This document shows, piece by piece, positions 40,162 to 53,998 of a DNA stretch of 64,000 nt. Both the position numbers and the translations under genes were made by a program. The stretch comes from Octopus vulgaris. Its lineage: Eukaryota. The number at the start of each line of letters is the position of its first letter. Position 1 is the stretch's first letter. Under the pieces are notes generated by a model. It saw only the letters and a program-made list of their open reading frames with translations. It made no database searches and was not told where the DNA came from. The stretch lies in the NCBI GenBank assembly GCA_951406725.2, contig OX597825.1, positions 35,526,001-35,590,000 on the forward strand. Direction: 5' to 3'.

Positions 40162-43100
40162 TCAGTGCATATATGAGTAGATATAATGGAGTGTCTGAGT
40201 AGAAAAAGATCAACGTAATGAAAGAGGTAGAATTATCTTATTTGAAAAGTTACTGTTATATTTCATACTAGAAATGAGTGAACAAGTATATAAACAATGA
40301 ATTTTTTTTTCTTTAAACTTTAGCACAAAGTTAGTAAATTTAGTGGGAGAGGTAATTAATTATAACGAGTTCACTGATATTTTATTTTTATCAACCTTGA
40401 AAAGAGGAAAGGCGAAGTCATCCATTGCAAGATTTGAGCTCAGAACATAAAGAGCCCAGAAGAAATGCCAAGCATTTTGTCCTTATGCCAGCTCGCTACC
40501 TTATAAATAATATTAATAATATTGATAGTGGTACAGTGATTTAGATCGCAACCTTGCTCTAGTATCAGGCTGGAATTTATATCATATCAATGGAAGATAA
40601 GTTGAAACGGCATTTGTGACATTCATCAATTAAATCAATTCTAGTAATTGACTTTATTTTACTGACTCTGGAAGAATAAAGTACAAAGTTGAACTCAGTA
40701 GGATTTCAACACAAAATGTAAAGAGCTAGAACAACTGCCACAATGTACTTTGACCAACACTAAAATTCTACCAAATAATGATTCCTTATTACTACAAAGG
40801 TGACAAAGGGGGAAGATATTACAAGGACAGGCTTCAAAAAGCATAGATTTACACGCACAATAAAAAAAAAACATTGTTCCAGGAGGAGGTCTGTCACCAA
40901 GGGCCAATCAAGAAACCCCACAGATCCAGAATTACTTAGACTACCAAGTGTTTTTCCTCCCAGCTGTATTCCTTGTGCCTTACTCAATACTTTCCCCTGC
41001 CTTTCAACAAATTTAGTGGACTACAGGATCACTTCTTCCATCCTCACACAGCTCTCCATGTGGAAGATAAGTTGATGGAGGCTTGGTTGAAGAGGGAAGT
41101 CTATGTCCTCAGTCTTTTCAGTTATATCCAACATAGAAATTTATGTGCAACTCCATTTCTAACACAGTAATAATGCAATGAACAGACATTTGTATATCAT
41201 TTTCAATAGTGAAAGTCCTTCTACTAGTATAAAAGTAAGCTTACTTAGTTATCAGAAGAGGTAAGATTCAACTCCCGTCTTCAAATGAATTATTGCAGTA
41301 TCTAAGAATATTTCCTCCCCATCCCCCTTATCTCTCTCTTAGACAGACAGATATACTGATATACATTTTACTGGCAGATGAAACTTCACAGCTCTATCCT
41401 CCTGAGGTTTCTAATTTCCTGTTTGTGGATGATCTGATCCTTTTGTTTGTACTCAAGTGTTTACATATACAGATATTGATTAATAAATATATTGACATAA
41501 ATAGGACTAATACAAGGATCCTAAGTCAGTTAAACATGAGATAGTTTTATGAATGTGCTCAATAAATAAGTTTATTTCGGAGCAGTGATAAAATTTGCTA
41601 TGGGAACATAGAATAGAGTTATCACCTTTATATTGGAGCATATATGTGTGTACAAGTGTGTGATTGTATGTGTACACAAACATATACACATGCAAACTCA
41701 TAATATACTATATACAAAACAAAATTGTGGATATAACTTTTGTATTGGAGCATGTGTGTTCACACATGGACTTACAAAACCATTCAAACTGACATAACAT
41801 GAGATGAGGGCAGGGTGTCAGCTAGCTAAACAGAAAGTGTGCAGACTGTCAAAACTTACAACAGTTATGGCAATACTAAATTTCATAAATTTATATCCCT
41901 AGTGAACTATAAACAGTTTAGAGTTTTAGGTATACTTTTATGCCAGCTTGTAGCAAGTTTTTCTCTGTGGCTGAGACACTCATGTTGAAACTTATGCATC
42001 TTTTAGTTCAAATCTTCAGGAGACAACAATATGACAGAGGTGGAGAGAGGGGGGAGATAGAAGATACAATAGGAGCAGAGGCAGGAAAAAAGTGAAGGGG
42101 AAGGAGAAAGCTACTAACTGATATCTCACTCAACTCAAAGATAATTGAACTATATCATTTTGATTAACATATATAACAAACAAAGTACAAACAACAGATA
42201 ATGTACGGATGGGAAAACAAATAAATGTATTAGTAAAATTATATATATAAACTGCTTGCTTTAAAACTTTGTGTATTAAAATACACAAAGCACACAGAGC
42301 AAAAGATTCAATATTGACTCTAGAATCAAAATTTATTTTATCAACAGTAGATATTGGCTTCTCAAAAACAGTAAAAGTAGCATGAAATTTTCCGTCTATG
42401 CAATAAAATTTGCTATGGGATAGAGGTAGCAGCTTCATGTACAGTAAACACAAAAGAATGGAAGGCCAAGTGGAAAGTTTTGGTATACTGTAGAAGTAAA
42501 CAAAAAAAATAACATCCTTCAGTGCATATATTTTTTGTTTACTCCTTTTATACCAAAATGTTCTATGCCATCTAACTAACTGTACAAAACAGCTACTATA
42601 TATGTGTGTGTGTGTGTGTAAGGAAAATTTCATCCCTCCGAAAGCTGATATCAGAAAAACTTAGACAAAAACATTTTTTGTGGAGATCATATATGAGTTG
42701 GTAAGCATTATGTAAATATAATTGGAATTTTAAAAATTATTTTCTCATTCTTTCTTTTTATATTACAACTGAAATTACTTTAACATGAAGGATTTCGTTT
42801 TTTAATCTGAATTCAAACATTAAATCTTTCAATAATCTATGTTGTATAACAATAAAATTTTAAATTCAAAATGTCAATACTGATTTGAAAAAAGAAAAAT
42901 GATAAATTCAATTTAAGGGAAAAAAAAACAAGCTCCATTTTTTTTAAAAATTTAATTTACTGTTACAACAACAACTATTTCTAGAATAACTTTTTGTTTC
43001 CAAAACTTATTTCTAATTTACAGATAACCAAGTAGAATATATTTTTTAGAAATATATTAAAAACATTTTTTAACAACATGAAACATAAACATAAAAAATG

Positions 43101-46100
43101 CATAATATATAACTGCAACAAAACTATAACTATTTAATTAGTATGAATTACAGCAGTAAATTGGAAGTAGTCTCTAGGTAAATACTAAATTAGTTAAAAT
43201 TAGAACCAATGATTCCTCAATTATGTTCAACTATTGAATTGTAGAGAAATATACAAGATTACAACTCTAGACAACATATATAGGAACTTGTTAGACATAG
43301 CAACCAAATGTTCCTCAATTTACATCCTGTCATCCTAAAACTGGAAGGCCACAATAGATACTGTAGTCCTTGATACACTAGGCTGGAAATATGATGATAT
43401 AGTCATAGCTGGAATGCAATTAGAATTCTACTTCAAGCCAGGACCTTGGTCAAAGAATAACTACTGAATCATTTAGCATTGAAACCGGCCACATTTGGCC
43501 AAAATATTCAACCTGCTTTTATGTTCAAACAGGCCAGATGTGGTTTCCCCATGCCAACACTGCAATATCATTCTAAAAAATTAAGTTACATCATCAAAAT
43601 TTCATAGCTACAAGATAATGCATGGATAATTCAAGACAATGAATAAATAAGCATTACAGGGCTAAAGGGTTAAATAATCTATGACAAGGAAGCAATAATA
43701 ACAATGACATACTACAATGGGAAAAGATCCAGAAATACATAGGAGTGATATGTAATCAATTCAAACAACTCCTAGTATAATACTACTAGGACATATTTTA
43801 TCAAGCATGACAAGATTTATACAGGGATCATAGATGGATGAATCTAATTATTATTACTTGTGAGATGCAGTACCATTTCTTCCATACCATTTTCCTCAGT
43901 GATCACAGAGCAATAATAGCAATTTCTTACATTGGTACAAGGCCAGAAATTTGGATGGGAGAGAAAGTTAAGTTGATAAATTGGTACTTTGTTTTACGAA
44001 CCCTGGGAGGATGAAGGACTAAGCTAAACTCAGTCAGGTTTTGACTCAGAAAATAAAAATCCATAACTAAATAAAAGGAATTTTGTTTGAAACATTGATG
44101 GTTCTGCCAAACCACAAAGCTTTTTATTTGATACGCATGATGCCAGAGATCTGGGAGGATGAGTTAAACAAATTTACACCAGTACTTGACTACAGTTATA
44201 TTTTACTAACTCTCAGAAAGAGAAAAAAAATAAAAATAAAAAGCGAAGTTGGCCTTGGAAGGATTTGAACTCAGAGTGTAAAGAGCTGGAACAAATATCA
44301 CAGGTATTTCGTCTGACTCACTAACAATTCTGCCAATCCATCTATGCCCCAAAAATGTATTAATACATTTAACACTCACTCACTCTGCTTTGATAGGAAA
44401 TCAATCTATCATCCACCACTATGTCCATATTCCACACAATTAAATCTATAAACTCAGCAACAGCTGGGTTGACAACATTTGGGTGTATGCTCAATAATAA
44501 TTAAGTCTTCAAAGTAATAATATATTACTTCTAATCAACCATCACATTATTATCTACAGTTGAATGCTATGAAATTAGCATTAACAATATAGTAACCTCT
44601 TGTGAGTACAGTTAGATGTACAACTGTAACTGGTGAGTTTAGAACGCCCTATACAGTGTCATCATCCAGTTCATTTCTAGTCAAGTGGTGTGGTTACTAT
44701 TGTACTTAGCAGTATTATCTGTAATGATATACAGATCAAACGTAGAGAAACAGTACAATAAACATAGTATATACTGATAATATAGATATATCATTGATCT
44801 GCCTAATATAAGTGTATATATTGAACAGTGAGTATTTTTACTGAAAGCAACAATATGCTTGTGCAAAAATTAGTTTACAATAGGCCATTTACTTTCAATC
44901 ATTCTGAGTCCAAGTTACACGTATTTATTGTCAATTAAATAATTACTGGAGAACCAGTTACACTAAAACTCGAGACTTTTGTATCAAAGATGATAGTAAT
45001 CAGCTGATATATCAGTTATAGATTATGTTCCAATTATGAGACATCCAATTACCTCCCTTAGTAAAAAAATGTATTGGAGAAGAGTTATTGCCCCTTCCTA
45101 AGTATATTAAAGAGCTAACACCTATCGACTTGACAGTGAAACTGTTATATCCGAAGAAATTGGTGCTTGTCGATGTCGCTAAACAGGAATTACATGACAA
45201 GGAAGGCATCTAGATTTTGGAGCAGATATCTTCGCTGCTAAGTTAGTAATATATTCATTTCAGCTACTGCTATTGTCTAGCATCATGTTGAATCTGATGG
45301 AACAGACTTATGATTACAAGCGTTCCATTTGTGACCATCCCAACTTTCCTAGACATAATGTATGTAGAAATACATAATATAATACGTCCTTCCTTTCAGA
45401 CATCAAGCAGTGACTGGATGGCGAATTGGCTATCATTTCTAGCAACTCACTCAACCATGCAGAGTCCCTTCTATTGGCTCTGATGCAAAGTTGATCTCAT
45501 TGAGGTTTGGACACAAAATGTGAAACAGCTTATCAAGTGCTCGACCAATTTTAGTACTAATAATATTTATTATGAGAGTAACAATGACTTGTAACTTTGA
45601 TGGAAGGTCACTTAATATTTACTTAAAAGGAATAAAGTTTGGCAGAGTCAGAGTGCCAAACAAAATATTTTGTGGTATTCCAAATTTTCATACTTTAAGT
45701 TACTGTTATGAAAACACTTCAGTGATAGTTTCACAGTCATCTGTTTAGTTGTATTGGTTAGCAAACATTTTTGTTGGCTTCTTTTGTGATCAAGGTCTGT
45801 TCAATCAGAATCTATTGGTACCTACTCCACATTGATTGATAATATCTCAGCACAAAGTTCATCAGTAAATATTTAGGCTATCTAGTAAGAATTCAATTCA
45901 CTTATAATATAGTTCGTTTATAATCTGGAACAATAAAGCAGTGTTGATTATTAAGAGAACAGCTGAATGAGTGAATACCCAGGGAACTTATAGATGTTAG
46001 CATATGGAATTTAAAAAGCCAAAGTAATTTTAACTGAAATTATAATATTTTAATAAGAAGTAAAAAGCTGTGATCTAGTATACATCATATTTCTTCTTAA

Positions 46101-46849
46101 CAAGTATATCTGTGTGTGCAGAGTCACACAAACAATACTCAGAAAAACACTATTATAGTTATCAGTTTAATGAGCATCTTGTACGTAAACATATTCTGTT
46201 CAATAGTATAAACGGTTAAGACAGGACAAAATTGCAATGGTTTCATGTATGGGTGAACTACACAACAAAATTGGTTGCTGATCCTAAAACAAAACAATGT
46301 CCTGAGAGTCACATCCACAATATATATATATAAAAACCATTATCTACCACAAAAGGATTGAGATCTTAAAACCAAAGTGCCATGTAAAAAGCATTGGTGT
46401 GGGTGCTGGTGCTATGTAAACAGTGCTGGTGATGGTGCCACGCAAAAAAAAAGCACCCAGTACACTCTGTAAAGTGGCTGATGTTAGGAAGGGCAGCCAG
46501 CCACAGAAGCCAAGCCAAAACAGACTATGGAACCTGCAGTGGCCCCTGCCAGTTCCTGTCCAACCCATGAAGCATGGAAAATGAACGTTAAATGTTGATG
46601 ATGATTCTCTTAACTGGTGCAGCCAGTTTTTGAGGTGCTGCTCAAGTGGCTTTTTCAGTCAGTTATCCTCATACACACACACACACACATATATATACTA
46701 AAACTGAAAATTTTCCCAAAATTGAAGGGTTGGTTGACTGCAGTAAATGTCATGTTTCTTTATCTACCTCCAGTATACCACTAACTTCCCAACAGCCCCA
46801 GGTCCTAAAAGGCATCCTATGGTTCTATGATGGATGAGCTCTGGGAAAC

Positions 46850-47830
46850 GGTTTTACTAAATTGGTTTTTTCAATGCCAAACCTGTGTCTTCTTCCACCT
46901 AAACTGTTGAACAAAAACTGACCATCCATAAGGAAGTTGCAGAAATTCTATAACTAATCTCAGATTTGAACAGTGAAGTAATGGATATTAAAGCAAAAAT
47001 CCATAAAGAATTGCACAACTAAGGATCATATCAGGAGGATGCTGTGCATACAAATTTGCTTGCAGCTATAGCTGAATACAGGTACATTGAGGAAGCCCCT
47101 GTATCTACTAAGGAGATTACTATTGGCGTACCTGAGGACACCCTTGATCTATGGTCATTTACTAACTTGTACCCAAAGACTCTGATCCCAAAATAATGTT
47201 CTCTGTTTTGCTGAACTGGGATTCAAACCTAGACAAGTCACATGCATACTCTTAAACTTTGATAAGGCTAAGTGTGGAGTTTGAATAACTTGTCGAACTC
47301 ATCTTAATTTATCACCCCATATATGCCAGAAGCTTGCTTGAATCATGACTCAACCCCACATGAGTTTTAAATTACACTATGGTGAGCAGCTATTGAAATT
47401 TGTCGAGTCTGGTGACGTACAGAAATGGGATGCAAGCTGGTCTGAGAGTACAGAACCAACAACGAACAGCAATAAAAAAAAAAGTCCTGGGAAACTATAC
47501 AAGAACAACATCCCATCGCCTTTGAATCATGATAGGCTTGAAGCCAGATATAAATTGTTTTTGAACGAATGAACCCTATACACAATAAATCTTCTTGCAA
47601 TCTAACCTGAATACGATGCACAATGAAATGCAGACCAGCAACTTGAGCAGGTTGCAGACAAGTGTCCCATTGTACATTTAGAGATGAAAAACCTGAAATT
47701 TACCAACTTCCTCTACAACATCAGCTTTGCAAAGTCTGCTGGCAAATATGATTTCAATATTATTGTTGAATGAATGATATTTCTAAAATCATCAAAACTA
47801 TCAAATGTCTTAACATCACTCAATAAGATC
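46850..47830 (+). mobile_element. Very old CR1/L2-like LINE reverse-transcriptase remnant
   Basis: Residual IGVPE (GVPQG-like) motif and coding-like composition, with many stops and frameshifts; weak. Confidence 0.35.
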
Positions 47831-50800
47831 TTTGTCAGCCACTCACTGGTTATCTGTTTAACCTTTTAGTGCTTAAAACCTGCCATATCTGGCTCAAATA
47901 TTCTAGTTGTTTTGTGTTAAAACCACCCAAATCCAGCCTCTCACACCTAACCCACAATGTCTAAAAATGAACAATCACATCATTAAAATTTTGAAGCTAC
48001 AAGATAATGCATGATTAATTCAAGACAATGTAAATAAAAATGCATTACTTTTACTTTTGACAGAATAATATGTGTGCTGAAGAGTTAAAGCTATATATGG
48101 TTACACTATATAAACACTGAAACATTTCCAGAGATGTGCAACCAAACAAATACCCTCCACCAGTCACATCTTGAATGTCTTACTTCTCTGGAGATTAATA
48201 CTAAAACTTCACAGAAGCTCACAAAATTATCCACATTTTATAAGCAAGCTCATGGATGGACATGTTTATAAAATCAAAAGCCAGTGCACAACAGACATGA
48301 CTTTCAAAAACAATTTTTCAGACTCAGAATTGTTGAAGCATGAAATAAACTATGAGCGGTGGTTGTTAGCTGTAAGAACACTGTATCCTTCAAATATTCC
48401 ATGCTTCTTGAAATTACTGCTCACTTTTCTGCCTTACAGTGTTTTATTCTGTGTACTATGATTATTCTTTCAGCTATCATTGCTGTCTTTCTTTACTTAT
48501 TGCTGCTTTTTATCTTTTTTCTTTACTCTTTTCTGAGCTGCAGTACACCTGAGCACTATACAAAATGCTTAGCAGTAGCTCATCCAACCTTACATTCTGA
48601 GTTCAAATTCTGCTAAGGCCAACCTTACTTTGCCTTCATCTTCTCATGGTGGATAAAATAAGTAGCAGCTGAAAATTGGGGTTAATGTAATCAACTAGTC
48701 CCCTCCTCCAAAATTTTAGGTCTTGTGTCTACAGTAGAAAAGATTATTATTATTATCATTATTATTAAGGCAGCAAGTAGGTGAAGTTATTAACATGCCA
48801 GATAAATTGCTTAGCAGTATTTCATCCATCTCTGCATCCTGAGTTCAAATTCCAAAGGTCAACTTTACTTTCATCCTTTTGGGGTCAATAAAATATCAGT
48901 CAAGTACTCAGGTCAATGTAATAGACTAGCCTCCACCCCTAAAATTTCAGGCCCTGTGCCTATAGCAGAAATTATTATTATTGTTATAGTAGTTGTGGCT
49001 GATACTGGTGTCAGGTCAATGTAGTGGGTAAAAAACACCCACTACATTCTCAGAGTGGTTGGCATTAGGAAGGGTATCCAGCTGTAGAAACCTTGCCAAA
49101 TCAGATCAGAACCTGGTGCAGCTTACCAGTTTTCAGTCAAACCATCCCAACCCAGGCCAGCATGAAAAACAGACACTAAATGATGATGATTATTTTATCA
49201 TTATTATTAAATATCTAGCTCTGATTAGGAAAGGCAGAAGACATGATCTCAAAACTTAAATCAATCAAACATGGAATGCAGTGGGCAGTAAGTGCAATCT
49301 TTGGGAGGTTGATGACAACAAACAGTTTATAATTTAAGATGAATTACAATGCCAGTAAAACAGCTGTTTTCTTGTTTGTTTTGTTTTCCCAAACATAAGG
49401 AAACGAAGACAATATAATAGAAGAAGAAAGACAGAAAAGATCAAGATAGAATCTCAAGAAATAGCAACAAGGAAAGAGATAACCTCAGTTCACTTGTGTT
49501 AGAAATATTCCATCAATACAACAAACAATAGTCTGGAAGAAATATAAAGAAATGAGCAGCTGAGATTTGTAATTACTTTTAATGCAAGATTTCTTACTTT
49601 CATACAACTATCTCTTCAAGCACACCAAATCAGTTGTAATCAAGGAGTCATTATAGGAAAAGACTTGTTAATAAAACTACATACCTCATATCAATTGTTA
49701 GATCAATTCTATAAGGGTAGGCATAGCTGTAGGGTTAAGAAGCTTGCTTCCCAATCACATTGTTTTGAGTTCAGTCTCACTGTGTGGCACCTTGCGCAAG
49801 TGTCTTGTAAACGTCTGCTCAGGGCCAACCAAGGTCTTGTGTGTGGATTTGGCAGACATAAACAGTAAGATGCTCATCATGTGTGTGTGTGTACATGCTA
49901 GTCTCTCCTTGCCTTGGCAATGCATGATTGTTGTAAAATGAGCATCACTATCATACAAGCAGTGTTCATTTCTAACTTTTCATGTAAGCATGTTTGACCA
50001 TGGGGGTATATTACTTTGCTTGAAAACAAAGTGAAGGTTGGCAACAGGAAGGGCATTTGACTATAGAAAAAAATCTGCCTCAACAAATTCCATCTGACTC
50101 ATGCAAGCAGGGAAAAGTGGATGTTATAATGATAATGAAGATGATACATATTGTATGCACAATGATTGAAACATATTCTACGATTCATGCAACTTGAGAC
50201 TACTATCAATTCAGTTTTTGCCATCACTATTTTGTCTAACATGTGGTGGGTCTACCCACTTTCAAATATGTAAATATTTTAGAAGAGTTTTATTAGCTAC
50301 AACCCTAGCTTTGATGAGAGTGCTTTTAATACTTTAAATTTTTTGTCACTTACACAAGTTCTTGCATCAAATTCTCACAAAACTATGTGCAATAAAATAT
50401 TAGTACTGATTCATTCAACTGCATCCCTTACCTAAAAGATTTGAAGGAGTAGGTAGCAGAGTATACAAACTAATCAGAAATGTCCCTGTACTTATTGAAA
50501 TAATTCAAATAACAATAGTCATCAATGTTGCCTTTTCCTCACCACACAGGGATTTGTAAGTAGATCTTTGATGGTTACTACATTGAATATGTTAAAATTA
50601 ACCTGTTTTTTTTTTTATACAGATGGCATCCATATTTCAGTAATTTACTTAAGTGATATTTTAATTTAGAAATACTAGCCATAGAAGAAAATAATTGGTA
50701 TTGTTCAAGGTCAACATAAAAACTTATACATTGTCATACAGCCTGTTAGAAATAACAGCCAATTCTCTCTCCAACCCTACCGACTTAGAAGAAAAAATGT

Positions 50801-51604
50801 GATCCTGTGTGCATGCACTGAACCAGGGAAAAAAAAAAAAAAATTGTAATGAAAAAGACACCTTTCACATCTGCTAAATCAGAGCTGACAATAATTAACT
50901 TTAATTATTTGTGCTTAAGTAAGATATCACTACTACGATCAAGCCACAAGGAAAGCATCTATGCAGTTACTCAACTTGCTAGAAATAGTAGCTAAATTTC
51001 CTTCAAATCACAGACTAATGTCCAAAAAGAAAGGACAACTTGGATGTGATTCGAAATACATTTGCTGGGTAAAAAAATGTAACATCATCAGGACAGGAAC
51101 ACTTTTGATCATCCATCATCTTGATCAGGCATAGCCTAGGTTTAAACAACTACCAATAGCTGTAATTAAATGCCATAAAATACCAGTTACATCTCACTAA
51201 ACTGAGCAGTACAGTTAAATTCCAAGCTAGAGCCATTCCACTTCTAACAAATATTCTTAGGGTAAAAGAAGAAACAAACAAGATCACCAGTTTCCAATTT
51301 CAAAATATCAGTCTTCATGTCTAAGTGAAACAATTCATTGTGCAGAGAAAAAAAAATGATAATTAGGCTGATTATCTTTTATTTTTTGCTTCATGCATTA
51401 GACTGTGGCCATGACGGGGCACTGCCTTGAAAAATCTAACCCCTGAGCTTACTTTTTTAAATCTGGAACTTATTTTATCAGTCTCTCTTACTGCACTGCT
51501 AAGTTATGGGGACATTAAACAAACTAACACCCATTATCAAACAATGATGAGAGAGAAACAAACAAAAACAAACACAGATATACAAATATGAATACAAATA
51601 CATG

Positions 51605-51649
<45 letters not shown>

Positions 51650-52955
51650 TATATAGTCGTGGCCATTGCTGATGTCATATAAATGGCACCTATGCCAGAA
51701 GTATGTAAAAAGCACCCATTCACTCTTAGAAAACATGCCAAATTAGACTGGAATCTGGTGCAGCTCTCCGGCTTACCAGTTACAATCAAACTGTCTAACC
51801 CATGCTACCATGGAAAGCAGACATTAAATGATGATATGATGAACTTTTTTCAGTTTTTGTCAAACAATGAGAATTTCAACTGTAAATACAAGGACAAACA
51901 TTTGAGTGGGAGTAACAGTCAAATGAATCAAATTCAGGACTTGGCAGTTATCTACTTATTTTGAAGATATTTTCTTCCTCTTTAAGATGAAAGGTAAACC
52001 TGCTGTCAGTAGGATTTGAATATAAAGGAATTTAACTAGATACCATGGAATTTGAACTCAGAATGTAAATGGATATAGCTAAATTTTTTCCCACTGCTTA
52101 TAGCAATGAACCTTGTCTCGCTACTACCTTTAGTGCCTATTCAGAGTAAATGGATACTGAGTATATACTCTATTACTCTCTACAACAACATTCTACCAAC
52201 TATACATCTGCTTCTCTCACCATACTTCACCCTATCTCATAACCATTCCTAAAATTATCACACTCTCTCTCCTATTACCATTCTGCTATAGAGAACCCTT
52301 TAGTTTTGTAAAGTTGCAAGACAACTTCACTAGTAGTGGTACCACATAAAAAAAAATTTTTTTTTTCTAAAAACCCACCAAATGTACACTGAAATGGTTA
52401 GACACTGGAGCACAAAGTGGTCCTCTGACTCATTGGATCCTACCAAACCATCCAACCCATGCCAGTATGAAGAATGGACATTAAATGATAATGATGACTT
52501 CAGAAAGATCACCTACACCAGCTTCATATTCACCTAGCAAGACAAATGTTTGCAAATCGACATATACACACACACATACACACACACATATATACATACA
52601 TATCAACAAAAAATGTCAGTGGTCAAGATTATTAAATGTCTAATGTCTGTGATGAGTTATTGTTAATACGAATATAATCTTTCTGATTATGTTAATATTC
52701 ATCTACAAATAAGATAGCTGATGTCAATTTCAGATCATACTGATCAAAACAGATGTAAACACAAAGGAATGAGTTTCATCACTAAAGCTTAATTAATTAA
52801 AAAAATATATATATCATAACCATGTCAAGAAATCTTTTTGTATATAAATAAGAACGACTAGATACGAAAATAAACAGAAATATAATACACAGATTATTAT
52901 TATCCTATATATGCAAATATATAGTTTGAAGAGCAAAGTCAAAATAAATACTAAC

Positions 52956-53148
52956 CTCATCTGTCTCGTCCATCTTGTAAGTTATCTTCTCAACAGCATC
53001 TCCAACTCTGTGGAAGAGACGCATAACCCCAGCCCCACTCAAAGCAGAGGTACTTGTTGCTCGAGGGAGGTCACCGTCTTTTTCAAGAAAATCTCTGAAG
53101 TCAGGGTCAACACGGAGAACAGGATGAGCAGACGTTCTTGACAAAAAT
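52956..53148 (-). CDS. SNX2: SNX1/2 exon, end of PX plus amphipathic helix (FLSRTSAHPVLRVDPDFRDFLEKDGDLPRATSTSALSGAGVMRLFHRVGDAVEKITYKMDETDE)
   Basis: ttatag acceptor and gttagt donor, 193 nt, phase 2-0; LPRA..T.ALSGAG motif typical of SNX1/2. Confidence 0.97.
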
Positions 53149-53919
53149 CTATAATAAAAGTAATGATGGTTTCAAATTTTGGGATAAGGCCAACAATTTT
53201 GAGGGGGCAGAGGTAAGTCATTTACATCAACCCCAATATTCAACTGATACTTATTTTATCGGCCTGAAAGGATGAAAGGCAGAGGTGACATAATAATAAT
53301 TCTTTTTTATTAATGATAATAATGGTGGTGCTCCAGCATGACCACGGCTGAAACAAGTAAAAGAGTAATGTTTCTGATTTAGGCACATGGCCAGCAATTT
53401 TGGGAGAGGGTGGAGTCACTACCCTCAACCCCTGTACTTGTCTGGTACTTTTTGTTTTTTTTTATCAGCCCTGGAGGGATGGAAGATCAAGTTAACTTCA
53501 GCAGGTTCTGAACTGAGAATGTGAAAACTGCTAACCAGGCTTCCTTTTATTGTTATAAATCGATTTAAGATACATGTATACATACTCGTTTATTCACTGG
53601 CTTTGATTGTCACTATCTGAGTGAAATGGCCATCTTATATTTACATTACAAGTAGTTGCTCAACACTTTTCAAGGCCTGTAGAATGAGTAATCTCTTACT
53701 TGACTAACAAGCAATAGTTGCCAACAGAGGGAGAATCCAACTGTATAATGCTGCTTCAAATAAGCCCCCAAGGATAATAAAAGCATCCCGAAATTTCTTC
53801 ACAAGGAAAATGAAAGTAAAACTAGAACACTGAACTTCAAGGGCTATAACAATAATGCGAAGGATCTTCCCAGTAATGCTCCAAATGATGACAGTGCAAA
53901 ACAAAGAATTCAGTCTCAC

Positions 53920-53998
53920 CTTTGCAATGCAAGTCGCCGTCTTTCGATAAATTCGGTGGATCCAGATTCCTCCTTATTCATCTTGATTTTGGTCATCC
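53920..53998 (-). CDS. SNX2: SNX1/2 exon, PX domain (GMTKIKMNKEESGSTEFIERRRLALQR)
   Basis: ttgcag acceptor and gtgaga donor, 79 nt, phase 1-2; GMTKxK and EFxExRRxAL motifs. Confidence 0.96.

Larger units (their letters stand above)
544..52955 (-). other. SNX2: 52.4-kb phase-0 intron of SNX1/2 (two introns of about 26.8 and 25.5 kb if the cassette exon is used)
   Basis: GT at 52955 and AG at 544; flanking exons are consecutive in the SNX1/2 protein (TDE|WFEEK). Confidence 0.9.

Noticed and set aside
42130-42633. 167-aa minus-strand ORF
   Set aside because: Low-complexity AT-rich translation starting in a CA repeat, with no recognisable domain or compatible splice sites.
45109-45182. Plus-strand peptide ending EEIGACRCR*, reminiscent of a cystine-knot C-terminus
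   Set aside because: An in-frame stop lies just upstream, and there is no convincing acceptor or partner exon.
544-52955. Nested protein-coding gene inside the giant intron
   Set aside because: No chain of compatible exons with a recognisable product on either strand; very small exons cannot be excluded by eye.
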